Of a stretch of 64,000 bases of DNA, positions 44,314 through 57,499 are shown piece by piece; within the stretch, counting starts at the first letter, position 1; every line of letters begins with the position of its first letter. The position numbers were made by a program, and so were the translations under genes. The notes under the pieces are model-generated. The model was not told the DNA's origin and did not search any database. It was given only the letters and a program-made list of their open reading frames with translations. The DNA is from Eledone cirrhosa (taxonomy: Eukaryota). The stretch lies in NCBI GenBank assembly GCA_964016885.1, contig OZ024743.1, positions 67,394,001-67,458,000 of the forward strand. Reading direction: 5' to 3'.

Positions 44314-44592
44314 ACACACACATACACACACACATACACACACACACACACATACACACACACACACGCATTCACACACAGACACACACAGACACAGACA
44401 CACGTACACACACACATTCACATACATACACAGACACAGATACAGACACACACTTGCCCCCACCCCCACCCCATATACATATATATATATATATAAGTAT
44501 TTAATGTAGAAATGACAAATGACTAGTGAAGGACTAGAAGTATTTGAGTACCTTATTTACCGTAGTTACCCACGATATAACTCAGGATCTAC

Positions 44593-44717
<125 letters not shown>

Positions 44718-44914
44718 TAAAAAGAGTCAGGACTCCGACGGCTGAGCTCCGGCCGTTTCGACAGCTAGATCTGAACTAGCTGTCGAAACGGCCGGAGCTC
44801 ACCCGTCGGGGTGCTGACTCTTTTCCTATTACCCACTCTACTACTCTAAGTATCGAGTACTCTGGTGCATTATGGTCCACCTGGTTCCTTACCACACTTC
44901 CTTCGTTATAATAT

Positions 44915-45500
44915 GAATGTATATATACTGTATTTTGCAATACACTGTGTGCTTAATTAAAAGTATTTTGAAGACCATACGCTATTGATTTAAAGTAGTG
45001 ACAATGTCACTTACTTAAATTTTCAGCAAACATTTGCTAAAAACTTAAATAAGTGACATAGTCACTACTTTAAAACAATAGCCTATAGTCTTCAAAATGC
45101 TTTTAATTAAGCATACAGAGTATTGCAAAATACACTATATATACATTCATATATATATCGCTATTTCAGAGTACCAATTCTAGTTTTCAATTTCTGCTGG
45201 ACCGGTGACCGCTCTGTATAATCAGTTCCTGATTATTACTGGAATTCTATAAGAATCCAACACACATAATTTTCAGCAAACAGGAAGAGTAGCGAGCTTT
45301 GATAAGTACCAACAAGTACGAAACAGAGCTCTATCAGCTTATCTTCCACGTTTGCTGAAAATTTAAGTAAGTGACATTGTCACTACTTTAAAACAATAGC
45401 GTATGGTCTTCAAAATGCTTTTAATTAAGCATACAGTGTATTGCAAAATACACTATATATGCATTCATATATATATCGTTATTTCAGAGCACCAATTCTA
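44915..45500. mobile_element. Family E subfamily element with fold-back; HHR at 45294-45340 with U3:A8 core
   Basis: GAGCT TTGATAA GTAC CAACAA GTAC GAAA CAGAGCTCTA TC AGCTT. Homologous to 22412-23012. Confidence 0.75.
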
Positions 45501-46097
45501 ATTATATATATATATATATATAAACATATATGTGTGTGTGTGTGTGGGGGGGGGGTATATAATATTTGAGGTGAGAATATCGGAAAGACCAGCAAACAAG
45601 TTACCGAGTGGGTATTTAAAAAAAAAAACGTTCCCTCTGCACAGACAGACTCACACGCACACATACACACATACGCACAACCACACATGCGCGCGCACAC
45701 ACACGAATACACACACATATGTGTGTGTGCGTGTTTATGTGTGTATTTGCGTGTGTGTGTAAACACTTTGCCCAAGAGTGCATCTCTTATCCAAAGACGT
45801 ACATAAGCTTGAAATGAATGCATCAGATCTATTTGAGGTGGTTGATAATTCTTTGTTGTTGTTTAACACTAGTTTATTCCTGATTAAATAAAATTAACAC
45901 GGAAAATGTTCCAGTCATGACCATCTTATCCCGCCTAATTGAACATTATATAATGCAACCTTTTGTATCAAAGCTAGTAAAGCATGATTGAAGGGAGTTT
46001 TGGCTGCTATTTCAAGCGATTCCAAAAAAAGAAATATAGGCCTTCTTGTTGAATTGTATGATAGTATATTTTAAAATAAACCAGGTGGTTATTATTG

Positions 46098-46962
46098 TGG
46101 ATTGGCAGTAGCGGTAGAGGGTCGGACGCCATGCTTTGAAGCATAGAGTTACCACCCTTTATGATCTGAGTTCAAATCTCGCCGAGTTCATCCTTACGGG
46201 GTCGATAAAATAAAGTATCAGTAACGCACTGGGACAATTGCTGGCCTTGTGCCAAAACTAGAAACAATTATTCTTATCCGTTGCTCTCGAAAGACTATGG
46301 ATCTGTTCCTGGAGAATTTTGTGTTTCAGTTTCAGTTTCTCCTCCCCTCGCTCCATCACATTGCGCAGTACTAGTCTCCATCGATGAAAAACATTACCGA
46401 CATCCTCCCATCTCTGGATGTCCAGGTCTATTGACGTTAAATCCCCCCTGCAGACGTCTTTGAAATTAAGTGCTGTCACTGAGATATTTAATTACATTAT
46501 TTATTTAATCAGTGAATCAATTATTGGCAGTGGATTGGCAGTATCGGTAGAGGGTCGGAGGCCATGTTTTTCAGCATATAGTTACGCCTCTTTACGATCT
46601 GAGATCATATCCCGCCGAGGTTAACTTTGCCTTTCATCCTTACGGGGTGAATAAAATAATGTACCAGTCACGCACTGGAGTCGATTTAATCGACTTTACC
46701 TTCCCCAAAAATTGCTGGCTCTGTACCTATATAAGAAACCCTTATTTAATTGATCAGTGGATCAATTATTGGCGGTGGATGGGCTGTACCGGTAGAGGGT
46801 GGAACGCTATTCTTTGCAGCATAAATTTAGGCCCATTTATGATCTGAGTTCAAATCCCGCCGATGTTAACTTTGCATTTCATCCTCACGGGGTCGATAAA
46901 ATGAAGTACCAGTAATGCACTAGGATAATTTCTAGCCATATGCCAAATGTAGAAACAATTAT
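46098..46962 (+). mobile_element. Cluster of three MetaSINE-like SINEs (46098-46272, 46525-46740, 46770-46962)
   Basis: Family motifs as in 150-343. Confidence 0.85.
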
Positions 46963-47039
46963 TGATTTGATCCTTCCATTTATTCCCTACTTTAATCTTC
47001 TCTGAGATTGCGTCTTTTAACATTTAATCAGTTAATCTT

Positions 47040-47690
47040 CACTAAACCTTCTCTGAGACCCTGAATTGAGCTTCAATTTGAAATAGTCATCGTTTTCCAT
47101 TTCTAGTATTCTTACCATTTTCTTTTTTAATGTGTTTTATGCTCTTCCAGAAGAGATCTGATAAAAATGCAATAAATATATTTCTTAACAACCAGGTATT
47201 GTGCTCTGTATCTATGTTAGAGAAATAGCATTTGCTATTTTCATTATACTTGCAGTACGTTAAGATGTACAGAAATCAATAGCATATTCATTTTATTCTT
47301 TGTTAGGTATTACAGAGACATATGGAAATATGGCTACGTTGCCTACATTCACTTTGACAGTATGAATTTAAAACTCATCCCTTACAGCATTTATCTTGTC
47401 AATGAAAGCTAAAGTAGTGTTGCCAGTTGTGCGCAGCATGCTGAAATTTATCTTCTTTAAATGTACCAAGATGGCAAGAAAATAACACAAGTTGGTGAGA
47501 TTCTTATACAAGAAAATCTCACAAACTTTCATAATTTGCTGAAGTATTTTAATAAAGAAAACCTTCAAATATAGACATTTTGACATTTTTGCACTCCTAG
47601 CAAGACCTGGCCTGTGAATATATCGTCTACGTTCTAAATCACACGCTGTCTCTACTGAATCATCAATAGATACTGTAGATACTTACAAAG
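47040..47690 (-). pseudogene. Third hAT (Charlie-like) relic
   Basis: TTLAFIDKINAVRDEF. Nucleotide match to 33020-33075. Confidence 0.5.
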
Positions 47691-48008
47691 GTACGACTTG
47701 ACAGAATTGTTAGAGATTTCAGTTAAATGCATTACGGTTGTTGCTCACGTATTCTACACTGACTGAAAATCCTATCGGTATCAACAGCGAAATTCACATT
47801 CTTCCAGGGTCGATAAATAAAATACCTGTTTTTAGGGTTGGTGGATTAAAGAAATTCCAGTTCACGACAGTTCGAATCTAGCTGTCGATACGGCCGGAGT
47901 TCAGCCGCCAGGGCCCTGTTTCTTTTCCTATTACCCAATCACCTACTCTAAGTATCGAGTACTCTGGTGCGTTATGGTCCACCTGGTATCTCACAACACC
48001 TTCTTTAA

Positions 48009-48075
<67 letters not shown>

Positions 48076-48113
48076 AGGGTGTTAAAGTTTGCTTGAAGCA
48101 TTGTGAAATGTGT

Positions 48114-49533
48114 AAAAATACGTATTTAAGAAAGCCACAACAATGCAAAGGGAAATCTCGAGGTAGGAAGTGAAATATAGATAGGAAAAACAGGTGAAAG
48201 TGAAAATTGAGAGAGACAAAGATGAAAACAAAACAAAGGTAGAAGGGTTACCGTAGTAGAGATTTAATCCCAATATTTCGGGCTCACGCCCATCAACGGG
48301 GGAAAAGTTCCAAAAGGGGGGAAAACAGGCCAAGCGGAGAAAGTTGTGATGTCGTTAAGACAGGAATGCCGTTATGGGGAGAAAAATATTTAAAATTTAA
48401 ACGAGGGAAAGAATGCGCGTGCGCGTGATAGGCTGTGGCAAAAGCTACTGACCAAATGGGTTAAATCAAGAGGGTGCGTTAGCGTGTGAAAGCCGTAAGA
48501 TATGTGTATGTAAATATATATGTGTGTGTAACTGTGTGTGTATAAGTGTATGTGTGTATATGTGTGAGTGTGTGTGTGTGTGTGAAAGATAGTGGGCTGT
48601 AGAAGTTGGAAATCAAAGGGTGTGAAAGGTGGTAGGTTGTAAAACGCAGCAACGGATCCTTAAGGATAAAGGAAGCACTTGTTATTAAGAACCTCAGACC
48701 CCCACTTAACAACCGGGCTGAGAGAAATGAGCTGACATGGCTAACTTAACCATAATGACCATTCACAGCCTACGGCCTGCTATCTTCACACACACGCACG
48801 TATATGCATACCCATACGCATACACACACACATCTATATTTATACACGCACACATGTTTTTACAACCTACCACCTTTCACACCCTTTGATTTCCAGCTTC
48901 TACAGCCCACTATCTTTCACACACAAACGCACTCACACATATACACACACAGTTACACACACATGTATACCCATACGCTTACACACATCTATATTTATAC
49001 ACGCACACATTTTTTACAACCTACCACCTTTCACACCCTTTGATTTCCAACTTCTACAGCCCACTATCTTTCACACACACACACACTCACACATATACAC
49101 ACTTACACTTATACACACACAGTTACACACACATATATATTTACATACACATATCTTACGGCTGTCACACGCTAACGCACCCTCTTGATTTAACCCATTT
49201 GGTCAGTAGCTTTTGCCACAGCCTATCACGCGCACGCGCATTCTTTCCCTCGTTTAAATTTTAAATATTTTTCTCCCCATAACGGCATTCCTGTCTTAAC
49301 GACATCACAACTTTCTCCGCTTGGCCTGTTTTCCCTCCTTTTGGAACTTTTCCCCCGTTGATGGGCGTGAGCCCGAAATATTGGGATTAAATCTCTACTA
49401 CGGTAACCCTTCTACCTTTGTTTTGTTTTCATCTTTGTCTCTCTCAATTTTCACTTTCACCTGTTTTTCCTATCTACATTTCACTTCCTACCTCGAGATT
49501 TCCCTTTGCATTGTTGTGGCTTTCTTAAATACG

Positions 49534-49540
<7 letters not shown>
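48114..49540 (+). mobile_element. 5'-truncated Penelope-like element with inverted pLTR at its 5' end
   Basis: 48114-48643 is the near-perfect reverse complement of 49012-49540. The centre encodes a GIY-YIG C-terminus. Flanked by (TA)n. Confidence 0.8.
48642..48749 (+). pseudogene. C-terminal tip of a PLE GIY-YIG endonuclease ORF
   Basis: KRSNGSLRIKEALVIKNLRPPLNNRAERNELTWLT* matches the L.I.EAL.I....P.LN motif of PLE endonucleases. Confidence 0.75.
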
Positions 49541-49575
<35 letters not shown>

Positions 49576-49628
49576 TATATGTGTATGTAAGTATATATAT
49601 AAATATAATTGTATACGTATATATATAT

Positions 49629-49873
49629 TTATAAATGGAAACTATATTTATAAAACCATAATTATTTCATTATATATATTTCAAGGGCAACCAAGGCAGT
49701 TTTGGTGCCCTTTCATCAGATAAAATCTAAAATTTGTTTCATAAATATTGACATACCCGTAGCAAAATGAATTTTGTATTTTATTTGATGAAAGCGCACC
49801 AAAACTGCCTTGGTTGCCATTGAAATATGTATAATAAAATAATTATGGTTTTATAAATATAGTTTCCATTTAT
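49629..49873. mobile_element. Family H fold-back element with HHRs on both arms (minus 49664-49726, plus 49778-49840)
   Basis: Reverse complement: ATTTTAT CTGATGA AAGGGCACC-AAAACTGCCTT-GGTTGCCCTT GAAA TATATA TA ATGAAAT. The plus arm is the same with C3U. Confidence 0.8.
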
Positions 49874-49971
49874 TAATATATTGAATATTTACTCCAGTAA
49901 ACTGTTGAGTGCTATAGATCAGTTATAAAACTTTAAACCTTGTTGAATCCCAACAAATGAAATATAACTTC

Positions 49972-50029
<58 letters not shown>

Positions 50030-50059
50030 AAAGACTAGAGGTGTAACAAACGAGTTGTG

Positions 50060-50427
50060 ATATATTGGTAAAAGGAAAAGAAAATGCTGACATATTGTTC
50101 CCAGTGAAACATAGTTTAATTAGGAATAAGTAAAAATTAGTAATAAGTATTGGTTAGTATTCAGTTTTGGTTTTAAGTTTTTACCGGTGGCGCATTTCTA
50201 ATGCTTTTCAAAAATAATTTTGAGATAGAGCGCCAGTGATCAAACATCACGGGCGCTCTATCTCAACATTATTTTTGAAAAGCATTAGAAATGTGCCACC
50301 GGTAAAAACTTAAAACCAAAACTGAATACTAACCAATACTTATTACTAACTTTTACTTATTCCTAATTAAACTATTTTTCACTGGGAACAATTTGTCAGC
50401 ATTTTCTTTTCCTTTTATCAATATATA
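50060..50427. repeat. Near-perfect ~180-bp-arm fold-back palindrome
   Basis: Apex GTGAT-CAAAC-ATCAC at ~50236-50250, with arms complementary out to (TA)n. Confidence 0.9.
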
Positions 50428-50431
50428 TATA

Positions 50432-50780
50432 TAATTGGTGTGGGATGCTTAAAGCGTCCGTAAGCGGTAGGCCGTTTGAGCACTCGATGCTCTTACAGAG
50501 CAGAGTATGATATCACATAAGAAACGGAGAATCAGTATTGCGACGAATAACATTTATTAGACATATTACAATCGTTTCTCTGGCGACCAACTCGAGGCAG
50601 ATTTTCTAAATTGGAAACTCTGCTTCATAGAATCGAGACATATCTGAGGAGCTTGCGATTTCAGAGTCAGGTTCGATCATTACATCGATCGTGCCTCGAG
50701 CTGGTCGCCAGAGAAACGATTGTAATATGTCTAATACATTTTATTCGTTGCAACATTGATTCTCCGTTTCTTATGTAATA
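50432..50780. mobile_element. Family B element, inverted arrangement
   Basis: 50507-50599 inverted relative to 50693-50780. Confidence 0.8.
50636..50732 (+). ncRNA. Hammerhead with 62-nt extended helix II (family B, best-preserved copy)
   Basis: AGACATAT CTGAGGA GCTTGCGATT...GGTCGCCAGA GAAA CGATTG TA ATATGTCT. 8-bp helix I and canonical core. Confidence 0.8.
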
Positions 50781-50959
50781 TATATATATATATGGCAAGT
50801 AAGTATGTTTTGAAACAGTGAGCAGGTTTGAAATTAGAAAATAGAATAGCTTTCACAAAAATATATATCTATGTTGTGTGTGTATGTATGTAAATATAAC
50901 TTTGATAAATTTGATAAGTTTCGGCCAGTATTGGCGGTGGTCATGTCTGACTTAGTAGC

Positions 50960-52820
50960 ACCTCCTGACGATGTCTTTCAGATCAGGATTTGGACACCAT
51001 GGCCCACTGAAGCAGAAAGTTATTGTTTACGGAGACATATCGCGGTGTAGGAGATTTATACGGGATTTCTTGAAGAAATTTGTTCAAAATATTTCCGAAT
51101 TTTATGGGGTCTGTTTCTGTTTTAATGTATTTTGGCGTGACGTTAAAGAGAGCGGGGGCCAATTGAGATGAAATAATTGTGCCGTATTGTTGTCATGAGA
51201 TGCGAGTTTGATTTTTGTTGTGGGCGGATAACACGGGACCCAAGACTTGGGTGTACTTTAAAGGTGATGCAAACATCATTTGGTCAGTGATGATGGAATA
51301 TTTACCACATCATGCAGATAATGTAGCGCTCACGGCGGCGTTGGAGAGAATAAAGTTTGAGTTTTTCTCGTCAACCCTAATAGTCAAGGCTTGTCATGCC
51401 ACCTATCATTTTTGTGATTGACCTTTGGGGAGTTTCCATTTTCATAATACTTTGTTTCGTGAGGGGAAACCAGAGTGGACAACAGTATTCAAGGTGGGGT
51501 CGGGCCAAAGTGGAGAAGAGAAGCATATTGGAGTGGCTATCTCTCGATTGGAAAGTTCTGATAATCCAGGAACACATTCTACGGGCCATGTCGACTTTGC
51601 TGTTTATATAAGTTGCCCAGCTTATGTTGTTGTCCACAATTACTCCCGAGTCTCTGATCTTGTTGGATGTCACGTGAGTTTCACCCGAATGAACGGAATA
51701 TGACAGTTTCAGTGCATCCCTTTTTCCAAATTTGATTAACTCAAATTTATCCTCTTTCAGCAGCATATTGTTCTTTTCCGCCCATTGGATAACAGCGAGT
51801 ATATCTGATTAGGGGCATTTCCAGTCACCCATGCCATTGATGACCTTCTGTAGCTTGGAATCATCTGCAAAGATTCTTATGTTGCTGTACTTGATGACCT
51901 CAGTAATGTCATTAATATAGATAATGAAAAGAAGTGGGCCCAACACAGCGCCTTGTGTAACGCCACTACTGACGTTAGATGGGGTGGATTGTACTCCTTC
52001 GACTATAACATTTTGACAGGAAACACTTGATCCATTGCAGCAACTTTCCAGTGACACTAATGTTGGATAATGTTCCAGTAGGGTATTGTGATGAATCCTG
52101 TCAAAGTCCTTGATGAAATCAACGTAGATGTCATCAGTATTGGAGCCCTGATCCAAAACTCTCAAAATGTCAGCAAAGTGATGCAGTAGCTATGTTAGGC
52201 AATTCCTTCCATTACAAAACCCATGTTGGTTGGAGTTCAGCAGATTATTTCTATCAAGAAAGGGAGTTATGCGTGATCTCACCACCCTCTCAAATACCTT
52301 AATGATATGAGAGATGAATGAGATAGGATGGTAATTCACGGCAAGGAACTTGTTTCCCGTTTTGAAAACTGGGACAACAGACTGAAATAGTAAGTTTTTG
52401 GTATATATGTTCCACAGATTAGCAAGTGGAGATGCAAGTAGAGAACCTATCGGGACACAAGTAGACAACCTATCGGGGCCTACTGCTGAATTGTGTTTAG
52501 TTTCGTTTATTGCTGCTAAGACATGAAGGGCACCAAACCATATGCCCGATGTAGTGTGTTGGGGATTAACATGATTGATACAGCCCAGATCAGCCATATC
52601 AGGATTGTTGAAAACAGAGCAGTATCGTTTCTGCAGTATCTCACCCATGGTTTTAGCATTATCTTCGAGAGTGTCATTCATCAATCAGAGGGCCAAGAGT
52701 GGAGACACTAACTGTGTTTTTTCGCAAATGAAATGAATATTTTGGGATTGAGTTTGATTTTCACAATGGCCCAGGCCTCTTCAGTTGCTCTTGGATTGTT
52801 GATAATGGACAGCATGCTGT
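50960..52820 (-). pseudogene. Decayed CR1-like LINE ORF2 (RT)
   Basis: NYHPISFISHIIKVFERVV, NQHGF, IYVDFIKDFD, SGVTQGAVLGPLLFIIYIND, FADDSK, RDSGVIVD, RPHLEYCCPLW. Frameshifted. Confidence 0.9.
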
Positions 52821-53626
52821 TTTAGGGGCAGTCACGGGTGGATCTGCAGTTGCAGTTCGTCCGAGATCTACCAGGGGCGTACTAGGGTGTGGTGTTAAAT
52901 GCGAAAGAGGGGATATTGCATAGGGGGTTCCGATTATTTACGGATGGAACGGTGGCCATACCTCTCCTGGGGTGTTCTGACCCGTCGGCAACCCTCCCAG
53001 TACGGTCACTATAGAAATACTCCCGTAGCTTTTTACGGTTGATGGAGGCAATTATCTCCGCAAGGTCGGGCGTGGTGGAGAAGGAGAAATTCACCGTGTC
53101 CCGGTTGAAAAGCTTATGGTATCTATGCGAGGGTTAAAATCACTCGACCATGGCCCGATTTCTACGTATGAGAGAGAGTGTGTGCGCAGGGATTTTATGC
53201 ACGTGTGTGTGTATGTGTGTGGTCGTATATACATGGATATATTTATTTATTTATATCCATTAATTTTGTTTTTGTTTTTAACGGTTTTTTTCTTGTAATG
53301 CTCGGGATAGGTGCATCCCATTCTAGGCCCGTGGCTGGTCACTCTATTTACTTGTTTATGTTTTTCCTGGTTTGTCCACAGATTTGATGGGATTTTTGTC
53401 GTGTTAAAACTAGTCTGAGGATCAGGCAGTCTTGGAGTCAGGTCTGAGGGTGCCATCCCAGATCACAAGCCAGCTGCTTGAGAAACATTTTAAACCAGGA
53501 TCGAACAATAAATCTCCTATGTAATATCTCCACTTTGTTCTTATTATATGTATATATATGTTGTGTTATTAATTCTGGCAATATTATTATAACAATATGA
53601 CCCTCCCCAAGTATAATAATAATAAT

Positions 53627-53689
<63 letters not shown>

Positions 53690-53697
53690 TATGTAGG

Positions 53698-53731
<34 letters not shown>

Positions 53732-53783
53732 CTTATGTATGTATACATATATATGTATACATATATATGTATATATATATATA

Positions 53784-53822
<39 letters not shown>

Positions 53823-53845
53823 TACATACATATATATATATACAT

Positions 53846-53888
<43 letters not shown>

Positions 53889-54429
53889 CGAATAGAATAG
53901 ACATTGTAAAATTTAGAAAAGAAGAGGCGAGTGATAGCATGTGGGAGAGTGGGGAGTTTTATAGATATTTAGGATAAAAGGAGAGAGAAGTGATTAGTGG
54001 ATAAAGAATGAAAGAAGGAATGACAGCAAGAGTGTTTTGAAGAGACACTCACCGTTGCAATTGTCTCAAAGATTGGATATATAAACTTTGGAAACTGGAG
54101 AGCAGAACCTTATTACGTCACGTGCTACTTAGAAATAGTTCAACGAAGAATTGATTGGTTCATTAGATATCTCTTTGAGTTCCAAATGTCTGATGATGTT
54201 ATTGAGCACGAATGAACCATGATGAGGATGAAAACGAAGACGAAAGATGAGTGAGGCGACGATGATGTTGTTGAAGGCAGTGATATGGTGGTAATGAAGA
54301 TGATGATGATGGTGGCTGTGGTGATAATGTTAATGACGATGATGGTGATGATGGTAATGAAGGTTCTCATGATGAGATTGATGATGATGCTGATGATAAT
54401 AATTCCTAATATTCGCTCAAAGTCAACAA

Positions 54430-55200
54430 TTTGGAATAAGGAGAAAGTCGATTATATCGACCCTACTACATGACTGGTACTTTATTTTGTCGACCACATA
54501 AGGATGATGAGCTAATTAGAAATCTGCGTGATATACTCTAGTGCCAATCCACTAGCCTCAATAATAATAATAACAATAATAATAATAATTGTTTCTATTT
54601 TAGGCACACGGCCAGCAATTAACCAGTGCATTACTGGTACTTTATTGTATCGACCCCGTAAGGATGAAAGGCAAAGACAACCTCGGCGGGATTTGAACTC
54701 AGATCGTAAAGGGACGTAACTATGCTGGAAAGCATGGCGTCCGACCCTCTACCGATACTGCCAATCCACCGCCCTTATACAACAATAATAATAATGATGT
54801 CTACTATAGGCCCAAAATCCGAAATATTTAGGAGACAGGAAAGTCGATAAAATTGACCCAAGTAATTTACTGGTTCTTTGTTTTATCGACCCTCGAAGGA
54901 TGACAAACAGAGCTAACTTCGGCGGAATGTAAACTCAGAATATAAAGGCTCATAATTATATGCCGCAAATCATATTGTCCTATCGATACTGCTAATCCAA
55001 CACCCTTAATAATAATAATAATTGTTTCTACTTTTGGCACAAGGCCAGCAATTACCTAGTACATTACTGGTACTTTATTTTATCGACCCCGTAAGGATGA
55101 AAGGCAAAGTTAACCTCGGCGGGATTTGAACTCAGATCGTAAAGGGACATAACTATGCTGGAAAGCATGTCCGACCCTCTACCAATACTGCCCTTAATAA
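54430..55200 (-). mobile_element. Cluster of four MetaSINE-like copies in (TAA)n (54430-54510 partial, 54585-54773, 54797-55005, 55019-55195)
   Basis: Reverse-complement family motifs separated by (AAT)n. Confidence 0.8.
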
Positions 55201-55269
55201 TAATAATAATGATTTCATTTATTAGCCACAAGGACCGACATGTAATAATAATAATAATAATAATACTTT

Positions 55270-57018
55270 CTTTATTAACCACAAGGGTTTACATAAAGTA
55301 GACATTAAGGACAGTACAGGACAATACAGGATGGTACAAATGGGCATTTCTGCGTGTAAAAAACAAAAACAGAGGATGTAACAAAAAAATAACGATGAAA
55401 AATTCCCCAATACGGGGGAGACTTCCGAGGGACATTCGTGGAGAAAGCCCATTAAAAAGCCACAGTGACCCTGACCACCAGGGCAAGTGCCCTCTCCCAG
55501 TTTTCCACCTTTAATTTACAGACACATACTCAGAGTAGGCCCATTCACTCGGGCTATTCTTGCCTGAGTGATTTATTGGCCACAAGGGCTAACATCAAGT
55601 AAAACATTACAAACGCCACAGGACGGTACAGGACGGTACGATGTGGGTTTTGGTCGTGTAAAGATTTTTTATTATTTGTATAAGAAAAGAAAAGGAAAAG
55701 ACATAGAAACATATATATATATATAAACAATAAAAATGAAAATTGAAACAATTTAAAAATTCCCCAATAGAGGGGAAACCTCCGAGGGTTACTCGTGGCG
55801 AAAACCACACATAAGACCACGGCCACCCTGAACACCAGGGCAAGCGCCCTCTCTCAATTTTTCCATTTCTCAAACTACAGGCGTATTTTCAGAGCAGTCC
55901 CGTTCACTCGGACCATTCTCGCTACATTCACCCACCTTTCAACAAACTTGGTAGAAGGCAGCACTTGCCTCTCCAGCCTGATTTTTCTCTTGTGAAACTT
56001 GAAAAAGTTAATTAGCGATTCGCCGAAGAGGAAAGTGTCTGTCTTTAACCCTTTCAACCTTGTCCACCACACAATCTCTTTCGCCATGGCCACCGGGCAG
56101 ATGAAAACTGCCTGCCCTTCCTCCTCGAAGGAAGACGGTGAGACCATCTGCACAATGGACTTAGTCGATAACCGGATCAGTCCTACACGCGACATCAAGT
56201 GTTCGACATAGCTCCACAAGTCAGAAATGCTCGGGCTCTGAACGAGTGCGTGCACGGCGGTTTCATCATTCTGCGCGCATCTCGGACAGGCTCGGCTGAC
56301 GGCACTTCCGTGCCTGTAGAGCTTATCCGAACCGGCAACGCTCCCCGGTAGCACTGCCAGGCCAGGGCATTTTGGAAGTTATCCATAGGCCCTGGGCTGA
56401 AAGTTCTCTGGAAGAGAGCAAACAGCTGATCTTCTTCGACGCCCAGCATCTCTCCGAGAACGTCGTCGCTCTCCCTCTCCACTAGTCCTCTATAGAACGT
56501 CGAGGTGGATGTTCCACCGATCCTGGTGCCCAACTGGCAGAGGGCGGTGAGTGCCTGGAGACATTCCAGTTTCCAAGCGCTATCCCTTGGTGTTTTCCTG
56601 ACCCAGGACTGCAGCTCCGTCAAGGAGACTAGCTGTGGGAAAACGTGCCTGGCGAACGGCGGCCACACCTGTTCACCGTTAAGGAAGCACCAGAGATGTC
56701 GCAGCCTCAGCGCATGTTTGCGCATCATCAGCCATGGCATGCCCAGCCCTCCACGCAACAGGTGTTGACAGCAGATGTATCGTCTGACCATGGGAGCGCG
56801 TCCCTTCCACAAAAAGCAGAAGAGGAGGCGCTCCATTTTGGTGAGAGTTGGATCGGGGCAAGGGACGACGGTGAGGCGGTAGAAGATGACGGATGCGATG
56901 TACGCATTTGCCACCTCCGCCCGGCCTTTCAGGGACAGCTTCCTCTCGGCCCATTTCTGGGTGAGGGAGGCCACCCTGCTCGTCATCTCGCTCTACTTGT
57001 TCTCCATCTGGAGGTCCG

Positions 57019-57020
<2 letters not shown>
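55270..57020 (-). pseudogene. 5'-truncated L1/Tx1-like LINE (RT C-terminus, zf-RVT, CxxC..H) with its 3' UTR, plus a second related 3' end at 55270-55555
   Basis: WAERKLSLKGRAEVAN, FLWKG, GGLGMP, LAWQCYRGALPV, CPRCAQNDETAVHAL. Both 3' ends finish TTGTGG..AATAAA. Confidence 0.85.
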
Positions 57021-57065
<45 letters not shown>

Positions 57066-57070
<5 letters not shown>

Positions 57071-57357
57071 GTGGGAGTTAAAAAAGATTTGGAACTGCCA
57101 TGAAATCCAGGTCGTCCCAATTGTCATAGGCGCACGAGATACTATCTCAAAGGATGGTTAAAGAAGATTAGTGCAGCCCCGCGTTTTGGAACACTTAAAA
57201 AGGCATGCTTGCTGGGAACAGCAAGAACCCTCCGATACGTCCTGAATATCTGAGGTTGCAGGTAGCGGCTTGATATTCATTTCAACAAACTTTCCAGTTA
57301 AATAACATCAATGACTGAGACTCAAAGAACAATAATAAAAATAATAATAATAATAAT
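57066..57357 (+). mobile_element. 3' end of an R4/Dong-like RLE retrotransposon between (TAA)n tracts
   Basis: KWELKKIWNCHEIQVVPIVIGA...LKKACLLGTARTLRYVLNI*. (AAT)n on both sides. Confidence 0.8.
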
Positions 57358-57499
57358 TGTGTCAAGCGTTGCTTAAGCCACTGCTACAGGGTTGTGGACA
57401 TTTGGTTAGTGTCCACAACAGCACAGCCCCAATACATGATGGTAGACACACCGCTCCAAGGTTGTTTGCAGTGAATTTGGCTAGAGAAGTGACGACAAT

